Source of the DNA: Thermoanaerobaculum aquaticum
Lineage (GTDB): Bacteria; Acidobacteriota; UBA4820
Direction: 5' to 3'
Assembly: GCA_020722885.1 (NCBI GenBank)
Contig: DYJZ01000002.1
Location: 1-57,488, forward strand
DNA length: 57,488 nucleotides
Program-made: the position numbers and the translations under genes
The notes under the pieces: model-generated
The model's database searches: none
What the model saw: the letters and a program-made list of their open reading frames with translations, nothing else
What the model was told of the DNA's origin: nothing
Part shown: in pieces, positions 6,871-16,429 of the stretch
How positions within the stretch are numbered: position 1 is the stretch's first letter
Layout: every line of letters begins with the position of its first letter

Positions 6871-8151
6871 TTATTCATACCTCAAAGCCTCAATCGGGTC
6901 GAGGCGGGAAGCTTTGTATGCTGGATAGACACCAAAAACCGCTCCTGTTAAAGCGGCAAAAATCAGGCTTAAAAAGACGACCCAGATAGGAACATAAGCC
7001 GGCGGGAATGTTTCTGAAACGCTTTTTCTCAAAATAAAAACGATAAAATGTGCAAGACCCCATCCTGACACAAGCCCGATAACCCCTCCGAGGGTTGAAA
7101 GTGTAACCGATTCAAGAAGAAACTGGTAAAGAATATGTTTTCTCTTTGCCCCCACTGCCATTCTTATCCCTATTTCTCTTGTCCTTTCCGTAACCGACAC
7201 AAGCATTATGTTCATTATTCCTATACCACCAACAATCAGAGTTATTGAAACGATAGCAGTAACTACCATTGTTGAAATAGATGTAAACTGTTTTATTATT
7301 TTTCTCACCTGCTCAACGGTGAATATCCTGAAGTCGTCTTCCTGTCCGAATTTAAGTCCGTGTTTTCTTCTTAACGCAGTTGAAATTTTATCAACTGAAT
7401 CATCCATCCTTCTGGCATCTTTCACCTGAACAACCATAAAGACCTGATTGGCAACGGTTTGTCCATATTGCTGTATTCCAGTGGTTAAGGGGATGAAAAT
7501 AATGTCGTCCTGACTCTGCCCGAACGAACCGCCCTTTTTTTCCTGCACTCCAATTATTGTATAGGTTCCCCTACCGATTTGAATCTCTTCACCTACACAC
7601 TGGGGAGGAAGAGCAAGTTTGTCTATTATGTCCACACCTATTATGCAAACCTTTCTTCTCGTTGCCACATCGACATTTGAAATAAACCTTCCTTCATCAA
7701 GCCCGAGGTTGTTGACCGTTATATAACTTTCCGTTGTTCCTATTATTTGTGTAGAATCTTTTTTCCCTCTGTATGAAATCTGGTCAGTGCTCATTAAAAA
7801 GGGAGCAACATCTTTCACATCCGGTACATTTTCTTTTACATAAAGAGCATCATCGTATGTCATTTTGAGTCTTCTAATTCCTTCAACATGGCTTTTGAAC
7901 ATCTCGTAGTTCGGTCTGATGAACATCGTATCTGCGCCCATAGTTTCAAACTCTTTGAAAAACGAGGCAAATACCCCCTGTATTATTGAAAGAACCGTTA
8001 CTACAGCAAGGACTCCGATTATTATTCCAAGAACTGTAAGAAAAGAACGCATCTTACTTGCCATAATAGCCCTTAAAGAGACTTTAACAAGTTCAACAAA
8101 TGTCCCCCATAAACCGAATATTTCTTCTTTTTTTATCTGAGCCGAAGCCAT
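6871..8151 (-). CDS. MacB-type ABC transporter permease (FtsX family)
   Basis: 426 aa. N-terminal TM helix, large periplasmic domain and a C-terminal 3-TM FtsX-like domain. Forms an operon with the ATPase and HlyD-family genes. Confidence 0.85.
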   Translation of the reverse strand: MASAQIKKEEIFGLWGTFVELVKVSLRAIMASKMRSFLTVLGIIIGVLAVVTVLSIIQGVFASFFKEFETMGADTMFIRPNYEMFKSHVEGIRRLKMTYDDALYVKENVPDVKDVAPFLMSTDQISYRGKKDSTQIIGTTESYITVNNLGLDEGRFISNVDVATRRKVCIIGVDIIDKLALPPQCVGEEIQIGRGTYTIIGVQEKKGGSFGQSQDDIIFIPLTTGIQQYGQTVANQVFMVVQVKDARRMDDSVDKISTALRRKHGLKFGQEDDFRIFTVEQVRKIIKQFTSISTMVVTAIVSITLIVGGIGIMNIMLVSVTERTREIGIRMAVGAKRKHILYQFLLESVTLSTLGGVIGLVSGWGLAHFIVFILRKSVSETFPPAYVPIWVVFLSLIFAALTGAVFGVYPAYKASRLDPIEALRYE

Positions 8152-8160
8152 ATTTTTCCC

Positions 8161-8856
8161 CTAATTCTTCTTCATAAGTTCATCGGAGATTATCCTGCCA
8201 TCTTTAATCTTTATAAGCCGTTTTGCGTAGGCTGCGATGTCTGCCTCGTGGGTAACAAGAATTAGCGTATTGCCCATTTCATTAAGTTTTTTAAGAAGCT
8301 CCATAATTCTCTGAGATGTTAAACTGTCAAGGTTTCCGGTTGGTTCGTCAGCCATAATCAAAGAGGGCTTGTTGACAAGAGCCCTTGCTATAGCTATCTG
8401 CTGTCTCTGCCCTCCAGAAAGTTGATTGGGAAGGTGGTGGGCGTGATTCTCAAGTTGCAGAAAAGAGATCACATCCATTGCCTTTCTTCTTCTTTCTGAA
8501 GGTGGAATTTTTGCGTAAATAAGTGGCAATTCAACATTTTCAAGTGCGTTTGCTCTCGGAAGAAGATAAAAACTTTGAAAAATGAAACCTATTTTTTTAT
8601 TTCTCAATTCTGCAAGCTGGTCACTTGAGAGAGTATGAACAGGTGTCCCTTCAAGAAGATAGCTTCCCGATGTCGGAGTGTCAAGGCATCCGAGAAGGTG
8701 TAAAAGCGTTGATTTGCCAGAACCAGAAGCCCCCATAATCGCCACAAATTCGCCCTTTTCAACTTTAAGGTCAATCCCCTTAAGTGCGTTAAAAACACCA
8801 GCAGACCCCATCGGATAATCTTTTTTGAGATTGCTTACTTCTATTAGAGCCGCCAT
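8161..8856 (-). CDS. ABC transporter ATP-binding protein (MacB/LolD type)
   Basis: Walker [10 protein letters not shown], signature [15 protein letters not shown], Walker [13 protein letters not shown]. Confidence 0.93.
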   Translation of the reverse strand: MAALIEVSNLKKDYPMGSAGVFNALKGIDLKVEKGEFVAIMGASGSGKSTLLHLLGCLDTPTSGSYLLEGTPVHTLSSDQLAELRNKKIGFIFQSFYLLPRANALENVELPLIYAKIPPSERRRKAMDVISFLQLENHAHHLPNQLSGGQRQQIAIARALVNKPSLIMADEPTGNLDSLTSQRIMELLKKLNEMGNTLILVTHEADIAAYAKRLIKIKDGRIISDELMKKN

Positions 8857-10070
8857 TATGAAACTTCAACCTTTATTTCGTTTCCCTCTTTTTTCCCGTT
8901 AGCCAATTTCCTAATTTTAACTTTATCACCCTCTTTTAAGGTTTTAAATATTCTGTAAGGTCCAGTGATGACTTCTTCTCCCTCATTAAGACCTGAAATT
9001 ATCTCTATGTTGATATCGTCAGCAAGCCCTGTTTTGACTTCGCATTTTTTAACTTTTCCTTTTTCAACTTTCAGACAAAAATATTGTTGTTCTCCATTTT
9101 TAATCTCTGACTTTACTGCACCAATTGGAATTTTCAGGACTCCCTTCCTCTCTTCTGCGTAAAGTTTTGCCCTTGTTGTCATTCCCGGTTTCAAATCTTT
9201 ATCAGGATTTGTAATAGCAATTTTCACTTTGAACTGCCTTATGTTTGTCTGAAGCCCTGACGAAGATTGCTGGGCAGAAGCACCAATCTCTATCACTTTT
9301 CCGTCGTATTTTTTTCCTCCAAGGGCATCTATTATTACAGTCGCCTTCTGTCCCATCTTGAGTTTCTGAAAATCTGCTTCGTCAACCTGGACTTCGGTTA
9401 TAATTTCAGAGAGGTCGGAAACAATCAAAATAACTGTTCCTGCAAAATTCATAGTCCCCATTATTGCAGTTTCGCCCTCTTTTGCGTTTAAAGTTGTAAT
9501 TACTCCGTCTATTGGAGAGCGCAATGTTGTTTTTGCAAGATAATCTTTAGCCCTTTCAAGTGTTGCCTTAGCCTGAGCCACTCTCGTTTTTGCCTCTCTG
9601 TTTTGAAGGATTGCCTGATCGTAGATAAGTTTTGCATTCTCGAGTTGATCGTCAGAAAAAATTTTATCCTGATGAAGTTTTAACGCTCTTTCATAGTCCC
9701 TTTTTCTCTGGGCAAGATTGACTTCCGATTCGTCGAGAGCAACAAGGGCAGCATCAAAAGATGCTTTTGCAGAAGAAACATCCCTTTCGTAAGTATCCGG
9801 ATTTATCTGAACAAGCAGGTCTCCTTTTTTTACACTATCTCCCTCTTTGAATGGAAGGGAGATAATTTCGCCCATGACCTGAGATTGAATGTTGACTGCC
9901 ACTTTTGCCGCAACCAGACCATCCGCATTCACAGTAGGACTAATATCTCCTTTTTCTACTTTTGTTGTTTCAACTTCAATTGGACTTTGAGATTTTCTGA
10001 AAATTGAGACTACCACAATAAAAGTAATCAAAACTGCAAGCCCGACAAAAATTATTGTTTTCTTTTTCAC
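8856..10070 (-). CDS. efflux transporter periplasmic adaptor (HlyD/MacA family)
   Basis: 404 aa. Signal anchor, coiled-coil hairpin region and beta-barrel C-terminus typical of membrane fusion proteins. Confidence 0.85.
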   Translation of the reverse strand: MKKKTIIFVGLAVLITFIVVVSIFRKSQSPIEVETTKVEKGDISPTVNADGLVAAKVAVNIQSQVMGEIISLPFKEGDSVKKGDLLVQINPDTYERDVSSAKASFDAALVALDESEVNLAQRKRDYERALKLHQDKIFSDDQLENAKLIYDQAILQNREAKTRVAQAKATLERAKDYLAKTTLRSPIDGVITTLNAKEGETAIMGTMNFAGTVILIVSDLSEIITEVQVDEADFQKLKMGQKATVIIDALGGKKYDGKVIEIGASAQQSSSGLQTNIRQFKVKIAITNPDKDLKPGMTTRAKLYAEERKGVLKIPIGAVKSEIKNGEQQYFCLKVEKGKVKKCEVKTGLADDINIEIISGLNEGEEVITGPYRIFKTLKEGDKVKIRKLANGKKEGNEIKVEVS

Positions 10071-10079
10071 AAAATCCCC

Positions 10080-10859
10080 CTATTGAAGAAAAAAGGCTAT
10101 CCAGACGGTTTTTAAAACAACCTTTGCACCGTAAAGGGAAAAAACTATTATTGCTGAAAAGTTCTGGCTCAATTTTGATATTGCTGCAAGCCCCAAAGTT
10201 ATAAGAATTAGATTCCATATTGCAAAAACATCAATTGCTGACAGCAAGGAAAACATAACTGGTGAAAGATTTTCATTACCAATTATTGCTCCAAGATTGG
10301 TAAGCAAAATCTCCTGAGGATTTAAAAGTTCATCCGGAGCTTTCACAAGCATTATGGGAATTGATATTATCTGGGCTATGCAGGTTGTCAGTTCAGCCCA
10401 GTAAACCACATACAATGTTTTAATGAATGATATTTCTCCTCCTAACGCAAGAAAGCATAGATAATAAACAAGAGAGGCGAGAAGGAGCCACACAAGAATG
10501 AAAATTGGGACGGTTATAGATTGTAAAAAACTGCTTTTCTCTTTAAAGTCGTTAACCGCTTTGTCTATCTGCTCTTGCGACATCTGGGAAGAAAATTTGC
10601 TGTGTCTGAACTGTTCCCTCATGAAACTCTCTCTATCAATCCTTTCAAAGAAAACATAAGTAGAAAAAAATGTTGAAAGGGAAAGAAGGCAGATCGGGAA
10701 AAAAAACCAGATTTTTTTCTCAACCAGAACTGGAAAAATTCCGGTCGGCTCGATGAAAAATTTTAGAACTGCATTTAAAAAACCAATTTCCTCTTTTTCA
10801 TTTTCTTTTTTTTCTGTAACTTCCACATTTTCCCTTTCTTCATCCATTTTCTTCTCCAC
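10080..10859 (-). CDS. Yip1-domain-like polytopic membrane protein
   Basis: 259 aa. Acidic N-terminus followed by about 5 TM segments. Family assignment rests on architecture only. Confidence 0.45.
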   Translation of the reverse strand: MEKKMDEERENVEVTEKKENEKEEIGFLNAVLKFFIEPTGIFPVLVEKKIWFFFPICLLSLSTFFSTYVFFERIDRESFMREQFRHSKFSSQMSQEQIDKAVNDFKEKSSFLQSITVPIFILVWLLLASLVYYLCFLALGGEISFIKTLYVVYWAELTTCIAQIISIPIMLVKAPDELLNPQEILLTNLGAIIGNENLSPVMFSLLSAIDVFAIWNLILITLGLAAISKLSQNFSAIIVFSLYGAKVVLKTVWIAFFLQ

Positions 10860-10861
10860 CT

Positions 10862-12400
10862 TTAGTTTGAATCGGTTTCAAGCTCTATTCCTCTGAAATT
10901 GAGGTAACTGCCCTTTGCTCTTTCAAAGACAGAAAGCGCAAGCTGGTAATCTATTTTGGCTTTTAAGAGAGTTATTTCGGCAGAAAGAACATCGTTTTGA
11001 TAGGAAAGGACATTAAAGGAAGTTGACAGGCCGTTATCGTATTTCTTCTTTTCTGACTGTAATTTTTCCTCCTGCAGTTTAAGATTTGCCTCTGCTGCTT
11101 TTATTCTCTTTTCTGTATTAAGAAGATTTCTAAATGAGTTTCTCACTTCACTTATTATGCTTTGTCTTGTTTTTTCAAGGACAATTCCGGCTTCGTTTTC
11201 AATAAGACGGTAATTCTGGTAAAGGTATTTTTGTGATCTATTTCCGATGGGAAAGGCAAAAGATAAACCAATAGACCATGATTTGTAATCCCTCTCTCTG
11301 ACCATATCCCATGCGTCGTTAAAACTCTCATCTACAAAGTAATTTGTTCCCTGTTTGTAGTAATCCCCGGCTGACCCAGCGTAACTCATTGAACTTTCAA
11401 GGTTCAAAGAGGGAAGCAGGTTAATTTTTGCGGTTTTTGTATCAATTTTTGTTTTCTCAAGATTTGACTTAAGTTCCTTTATTTCCTCTCTATTTTCAAT
11501 TGCTTCCTCAATGGACTGCTCTTCATTATAACTTTTGCCATCAACAAGAGGATAATCTGTTGGAACTATAGATTTGTTCCATTCTGGACTTTCTCTGGTT
11601 ATTCCCAGAAGCACTTTCAAAATATCCTCTGAATTTATTAAAAGGCTCTCTGCTGAAATTAATTCCTCCTCTCTCTGAGCCACCTGTGCATCTGCAGAAA
11701 TCTGTTCGACCGGGGCAAGCGTGCCAACAGAGATTCTTGCGGCGGTCTCTTTTTGAAACTCCTTCGCAAGTTTAAGAGCTTTTTGTGTAACTTTATACTG
11801 TTCTGTTGCATAGACAAGGTTCCAGTAAGCATTTTCTACATCAATTAGCGAATTTCTCACCATTTTCCTGAAAGTATAATTTGCCGCTTCTCTGTTAAGT
11901 TTTGCTTTGAGTATGGTTGCATTAGTGTTTGTATAGCCAAAGCCCTTTAAAAGAGGAAGTGAGGTGTAGAAAGAAAAATTTGATGAGTAGGTTGGATTGA
12001 AAAAAGAATACTTTGAATTAGTACTTGCCCTTGTGTTTGTAAAGCTCAGGGAAAAAGTCTGTCCCCAGGGAGTAAGCTGGTTCAATCCAAAATTGTATTT
12101 ATCCTGCCTCGACTGGTAAAGGGTGAACGCTGAAGCTCCAACCTGAAGAAGACTCGTGGTTGGCTGGCGATTAACTGAAGCTCCCCAATCGAAGGTTAAT
12201 TGAGGGTCATAAATTCCTTTTGCACTTTTAAGAGTTATCTCACTCATTTTGTAGTCAATTTTGCTAATGTTTATATCAAAATTATTTTTAAGCGCATAAG
12301 AGAGAGCATCCTGAAGAGAAAGTTTAAGTTTTCCCTCCTCCTGAGAAAAGTATGCAAATGAAGCACAAAGAGCAATAAAAGCAATTATGATTCTTTTCAT
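10862..12400 (-). CDS. TolC-family outer membrane efflux protein
   Basis: 512 aa. Signal peptide and a duplicated OEP-type repeat structure. First gene of the efflux operon. Confidence 0.85.
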   Translation of the reverse strand: MKRIIIAFIALCASFAYFSQEEGKLKLSLQDALSYALKNNFDINISKIDYKMSEITLKSAKGIYDPQLTFDWGASVNRQPTTSLLQVGASAFTLYQSRQDKYNFGLNQLTPWGQTFSLSFTNTRASTNSKYSFFNPTYSSNFSFYTSLPLLKGFGYTNTNATILKAKLNREAANYTFRKMVRNSLIDVENAYWNLVYATEQYKVTQKALKLAKEFQKETAARISVGTLAPVEQISADAQVAQREEELISAESLLINSEDILKVLLGITRESPEWNKSIVPTDYPLVDGKSYNEEQSIEEAIENREEIKELKSNLEKTKIDTKTAKINLLPSLNLESSMSYAGSAGDYYKQGTNYFVDESFNDAWDMVRERDYKSWSIGLSFAFPIGNRSQKYLYQNYRLIENEAGIVLEKTRQSIISEVRNSFRNLLNTEKRIKAAEANLKLQEEKLQSEKKKYDNGLSTSFNVLSYQNDVLSAEITLLKAKIDYQLALSVFERAKGSYLNFRGIELETDSN

Positions 12401-12523
12401 TACAAACCTCCTAAGAAAACTATTACGAATTTGACTTCAAAAGGTTTAGCTTCTTAAATTTAATATTTCAATTTTGAAACAATTGGGCAAAAATCCACTA
12501 TTTTTAAACCTTGCAAATAAGGA

Positions 12524-13246
12524 TTGATTATTATAAAATTCCACTATATGAGAAAGGAAGATGCTTTTAATCAAAGGTCAGAAATCAAAGGCAGGCTCAT
12601 CGTTGTTGAAGGAACAGACGGTTCTGGTAAATCAACACAGGCGCACCTTTTATATGAATGGCTCTTGGGGCTAAATTATAAAGTCTTTTTCAGCGAATGG
12701 AATTCATCTGAAATAGTAAAGGGAGCAACAAGAAAAGGGAAAAAAAGGCAGGCTCTTACTCGTACAACATTCAGCCTTATTCACGCCACAGACTTTGCTG
12801 ACAGGTATGAGAGACAGATTCTGCCTATGCTTAAAGCGGGATATATTGTTATTTGCGACAGGTATATTTTTACCGCTTTTGCAAGGGATAGCGTTAGAGG
12901 ATGTAATCTTGAGTGGTTAAAAAAACTTTACAGTTTTGCAATAATACCCCACATAACCTTTTTTTACAGGGTTCCTCTTGAGGTTGCCTGCGAAAGAATT
13001 TTATCTGGAAGGCCGCAGCTCAAATACTTTGAAGCTGGTATGGATCTTAATCTCTCTCAAGATATAGTTGAAAGTTTTAAGATTTTTCAGGGAAAAATCC
13101 TTAGAACCTATCTTTCTTTATCGAGACAATATAAGTTCACAACAATTGACGGCACAAAGGATGTCCATTATCAGCAAACCCTTGCAAGAAAAATTATGGA
13201 AGAGAAAATAGACCTTTCACGATTCAGGAAAAGGGGAGCAGTATGA
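12524..13246 (+). CDS. thymidylate kinase-like P-loop kinase, paralog 1
   Basis: Walker A VVEGTDGSGKSTQ and a DRY motif (ICDRYIFT). Alternative ATG start at 12548. Confidence 0.75.
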   Translation: MIIIKFHYMRKEDAFNQRSEIKGRLIVVEGTDGSGKSTQAHLLYEWLLGLNYKVFFSEWNSSEIVKGATRKGKKRQALTRTTFSLIHATDFADRYERQILPMLKAGYIVICDRYIFTAFARDSVRGCNLEWLKKLYSFAIIPHITFFYRVPLEVACERILSGRPQLKYFEAGMDLNLSQDIVESFKIFQGKILRTYLSLSRQYKFTTIDGTKDVHYQQTLARKIMEEKIDLSRFRKRGAV

Positions 13247-13929
13247 AACAATTCTTAAAAAACCCCCTTCCTACTGTCAGGCCAGAAGAACTAAAAGGAA
13301 AGTTGATAGTTATAGAAGGGCCAGATTCTTCAGGAAGGTCAACTCAAATTGAACTTCTTACAAAATGGCTTGAATTAAAAGGCTATCCGGTAGTTTGTAC
13401 AGGGCTAAAAAGAAGCATTCTTGTCGCAAATGAGCTTGAACTTGCCCTTAAGGGAAATGTCCTCAGCCCGAGGACTCTTACACTTTTTTACGCAACTGAT
13501 TTTTACGACCAACTTGAAAATGTCATTATTCCTTCGCTAAGGGCTGGATTTATAGTACTTGCAGACAGGTACATCTATACTCTAATGGCGAGGGCTATAA
13601 TAAGAGGGGCAGAAAGGGAATGGATAGAAGCTATTTATGAAATGGCTATAATCCCCGATCTTGTTCTTTATCTTTCTGTTTCACCTTCAGTTCTTGTGGA
13701 GAGAACTTTTCAGGCTCACCAGCAGCTGGACTACTGGGAATCTGGTATGGACCTCGGATTTTCAAAAGATTGGTTCACAAGTTTCTTGAAATACCAGAGA
13801 AAAATGAGGCTTGAATTCAAGAAAATGGAGAAAAAATTTCAATTTGAAATAGTCAATGCAAACAGAACACCCAAAAGTGTTGATAGGGATTTAAAGGCAA
13901 GAATTGCGAGGGTTCTAAATGGTTCTTGA
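13243..13929 (+). CDS. thymidylate kinase-like protein, paralog 2 (Walker A Lys replaced by Arg)
   Basis: IEGPDSSGRSTQ where GKS/T is expected. DRY is retained (LADRYIYT). ATGA start/stop overlap with paralog 1. Confidence 0.7.
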   Translation: MKQFLKNPLPTVRPEELKGKLIVIEGPDSSGRSTQIELLTKWLELKGYPVVCTGLKRSILVANELELALKGNVLSPRTLTLFYATDFYDQLENVIIPSLRAGFIVLADRYIYTLMARAIIRGAEREWIEAIYEMAIIPDLVLYLSVSPSVLVERTFQAHQQLDYWESGMDLGFSKDWFTSFLKYQRKMRLEFKKMEKKFQFEIVNANRTPKSVDRDLKARIARVLNGS

Positions 13930-14260
13930 AAATAAGAAAAAATCTGGCGGGAAAAGTGTGGAAAAGAAAATTAAAAGAAAGGATAGTCTCCTTAAAAAAC
14001 AGTTTTTGAATTCTATTAAGAAACTTGAATTTTTTTTCGATGAGGTTCTGGATAATCATAAAAGGAAAATTCTTGCAAATTTTTCAGTCCTGAAAAATAT
14101 TCCAGACTTAAATTCATACAGAGATAAAGAAAAAATAAGAGAATTTATTATAAAAATTGATTTAATCAAGATAAAGCCAAAAAAAGGAAGAGCAAAAGAC
14201 ATTGAAAAAATTGAAAAGATTTTAAAAGAAGCGGTGTCTCTTTTCCCGGAAGAAACTTGA
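13919..14260 (+). CDS. hypothetical Lys-rich protein
   Basis: 113 aa with no recognisable motif. Overlaps both neighbours by 11 nt and 4 nt, which suggests translational coupling. Confidence 0.5.
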   Translation: MVLENKKKSGGKSVEKKIKRKDSLLKKQFLNSIKKLEFFFDEVLDNHKRKILANFSVLKNIPDLNSYRDKEKIREFIIKIDLIKIKPKKGRAKDIEKIEKILKEAVSLFPEET

Positions 14261-14937
14261 AATTGCTTTACGCATTAGTTTCAGACATTCATGCAAATTA
14301 TTTTGCCCTCGAATCTGCTATTGGAGTCATAAAAAAAAGAAAAGCAGATAAAATACTTGTTGCAGGGGATATTTGTGGAAAAGGGCCAAACCCTTTCGAT
14401 GTTCTTGAAATTTTAAAATCTTCTAAGTGCATAGCTGTAAAAGGCAATTCTGATATTAAGTTTCTTTCATCAAGGATAGCAAAGGAATCTCTCTCTTCAA
14501 GGCAAAAAAAACTGATTAAATGGTTGGCTTCACTTCCTGCTATTTCGCTTGTGGATGAAAAAATTTTACTTTGCCACGGAAGTCCCCTTAATATTACCGA
14601 CTACATTTACCCGAGCATTACAAAAGGGGCACTATTAAAAAAAATAAGTGGGTACGAGAGCAAAACCAGAATTGTTGCTACAGGACATTCCCATATACCT
14701 TTTGTAAAGAGAATAGGCAAAATCCTTGTAGTGAATGGAGGAAGCGTTGGTAAGCCAATTGATGGCGATCCTCGAGGCTCGCTTGCATTTATAAGAGCAG
14801 ATGGAAATAGTTTAAAAGGAGAAATAGTCAGATTTGACTATAACATCGAAGCTCTCGTCAACATTTTAAGAAAAATGGATTACAGCAAAAAAACAATTGA
14901 CTCATACAAAAAAGGCTTGAGAAATGGTAGAGGTTAG
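14257..14937 (+). CDS. metallophosphoesterase (YfcE/MJ0936-like)
   Basis: Motifs SDIHAN, GDICGKG, GNSD, CHGSP and GHSH in canonical order. TTG start. Confidence 0.8.
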   Translation: MKLLYALVSDIHANYFALESAIGVIKKRKADKILVAGDICGKGPNPFDVLEILKSSKCIAVKGNSDIKFLSSRIAKESLSSRQKKLIKWLASLPAISLVDEKILLCHGSPLNITDYIYPSITKGALLKKISGYESKTRIVATGHSHIPFVKRIGKILVVNGGSVGKPIDGDPRGSLAFIRADGNSLKGEIVRFDYNIEALVNILRKMDYSKKTIDSYKKGLRNGRG

Positions 14938-16429
14938 TCCGAAAAAGCCAAAAAGAAATTTTTTCCTGAAAAGCAGTTTTCTTCTTCTCGATAACAATTT
15001 GAAAAGAAAAAGTATCGAAGTTGTTAAAAGAAGTGCATCTTTTATTAAAATTGTCTTTTTTGACACTCCAAAGTTTGAATTTACCAAAAAAGAAATATTC
15101 ATTTATGAAAAGAAAAAAACAAATCACAACGCTTATTATATAGATTTTAAAAGAGGAAAGAAAAGGATTGAGAAAAGTGATGCTGTTTTCAAAACAATTT
15201 TCCCATTCCTTGTAATTGAAGCCAGGAGCAAGCCTACCTTTTTTAAGATTTCTCCTGAAAGAAAAATTAGAGGGAATTTATATTTTGATGTTAGCCTCAA
15301 AAATCCTATTGCCGAAACTGAAACAAAATTTCCAGATTTCATAGAAGCAGATTTCTTAGTATCGGAAAAGGAAGTAACACCTTTTACCTCCCTGGGAATT
15401 TTCCTTAAAGAGAATTTTTCTCAGAAGTTTGAAGAATTGAAAATTCCTTTCGTGTTAGACGAGGAAAAAGCTGATTTGAAAGTAGGAAAGGAGGATTTGA
15501 CCGCAACTGCTCTATCAAAGTCTCTTTTAAAACAAATTTTAAAAATTGAAGGATATTTAAGTGGTGTAATAAAGAACCACGACCCGGAATATATTCACGA
15601 AATGAGAGTTGCTCTGAGAAAGGCAAGGAGTTACCTTACCATTTTCCCGGAAATTTTTGGACCAAAAAAATCAAAACTTTTGAGCATAGAATTATCTTCT
15701 TATGCTTTAGACCTTGCCAGATTGAGAGACCTTGATGTTTTTGAAAATCATCTGCAATCTTTTTGTAAAGAGATAGGTTCAGAGGGCAAAGAAAAAGAGG
15801 TCATTAAATTTGTTCAAGAAATCAAAAAAGATGAAATTGAAATTGTTCAACGGGTTTTTGCCTCTGCAAAATTTAAAAAGCTTGTTTCGAGGTTAAAAAA
15901 CTCTTTCAGGAAAAGTGAGGCAAGAAATTTTCACGGCAGAAAATTGTTCTGTGAAAGTGCAAAAGAGAAATTTGGTTTGTTGAAAACCGAAATTAAAAAA
16001 CGAACCAAGAAATTTAGAACAAAAGGTACCCCAGACTTACTTCACAAAGTGCGAATTTCTTTCAAAAAATTGAGATATCTTTTTGAAATATCAGAATGTT
16101 TTTGGAAAAAAGATCAAGCAAAAATGAAAAAAATTTTATCTGAAATGCAGGACTGCCTCGGTTACCATCAGGATTTATTAATTGCAGAAAATAATCTTTT
16201 AAATTTTTCAAAAAAAAGTGACGACAAAGAGGCTCTTTTGCTTTGCGGTGCTCTCATTCACCTTATTTATGAAAAAAAAGAGAAAGAAATCAAAAAATTT
16301 GCTAAAATCTATAGGGAGTTTGAAAAAATAGAAATTCCCGATTTTTGCAAAGGAGGGAGAAATGAAAGCGGTAGTTCTGGGAGCGGGCAGAGTCGGAAGT
16401 GCAATAGCAAGAGACCTCTACCTCGATAA
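14924..16429 (+). CDS. CHAD domain protein with N-terminal CYTH-like domain lacking ExExK
   Basis: CHAD-type helices HEMRVALRKARSYL and VRISFKKLRYLFE. The N-terminal ~200 aa has a CYTH-like pattern (FFDTPKFEF, LYFDVSL) but no ExExK signature. Confidence 0.7.
   Translation: MVEVSPKKPKRNFFLKSSFLLLDNNLKRKSIEVVKRSASFIKIVFFDTPKFEFTKKEIFIYEKKKTNHNAYYIDFKRGKKRIEKSDAVFKTIFPFLVIEARSKPTFFKISPERKIRGNLYFDVSLKNPIAETETKFPDFIEADFLVSEKEVTPFTSLGIFLKENFSQKFEELKIPFVLDEEKADLKVGKEDLTATALSKSLLKQILKIEGYLSGVIKNHDPEYIHEMRVALRKARSYLTIFPEIFGPKKSKLLSIELSSYALDLARLRDLDVFENHLQSFCKEIGSEGKEKEVIKFVQEIKKDEIEIVQRVFASAKFKKLVSRLKNSFRKSEARNFHGRKLFCESAKEKFGLLKTEIKKRTKKFRTKGTPDLLHKVRISFKKLRYLFEISECFWKKDQAKMKKILSEMQDCLGYHQDLLIAENNLLNFSKKSDDKEALLLCGALIHLIYEKKEKEIKKFAKIYREFEKIEIPDFCKGGRNESGSSGSGQSRKCNSKRPLPR

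Noticed and set aside
6586-6989. ORFs 6586-6768 and 6765-6989 (+)
   Set aside because: The first reads through module M1, and the second reads through the M3 units into the antisense of the permease gene. There is no RBS and no frame conservation between repeat copies.
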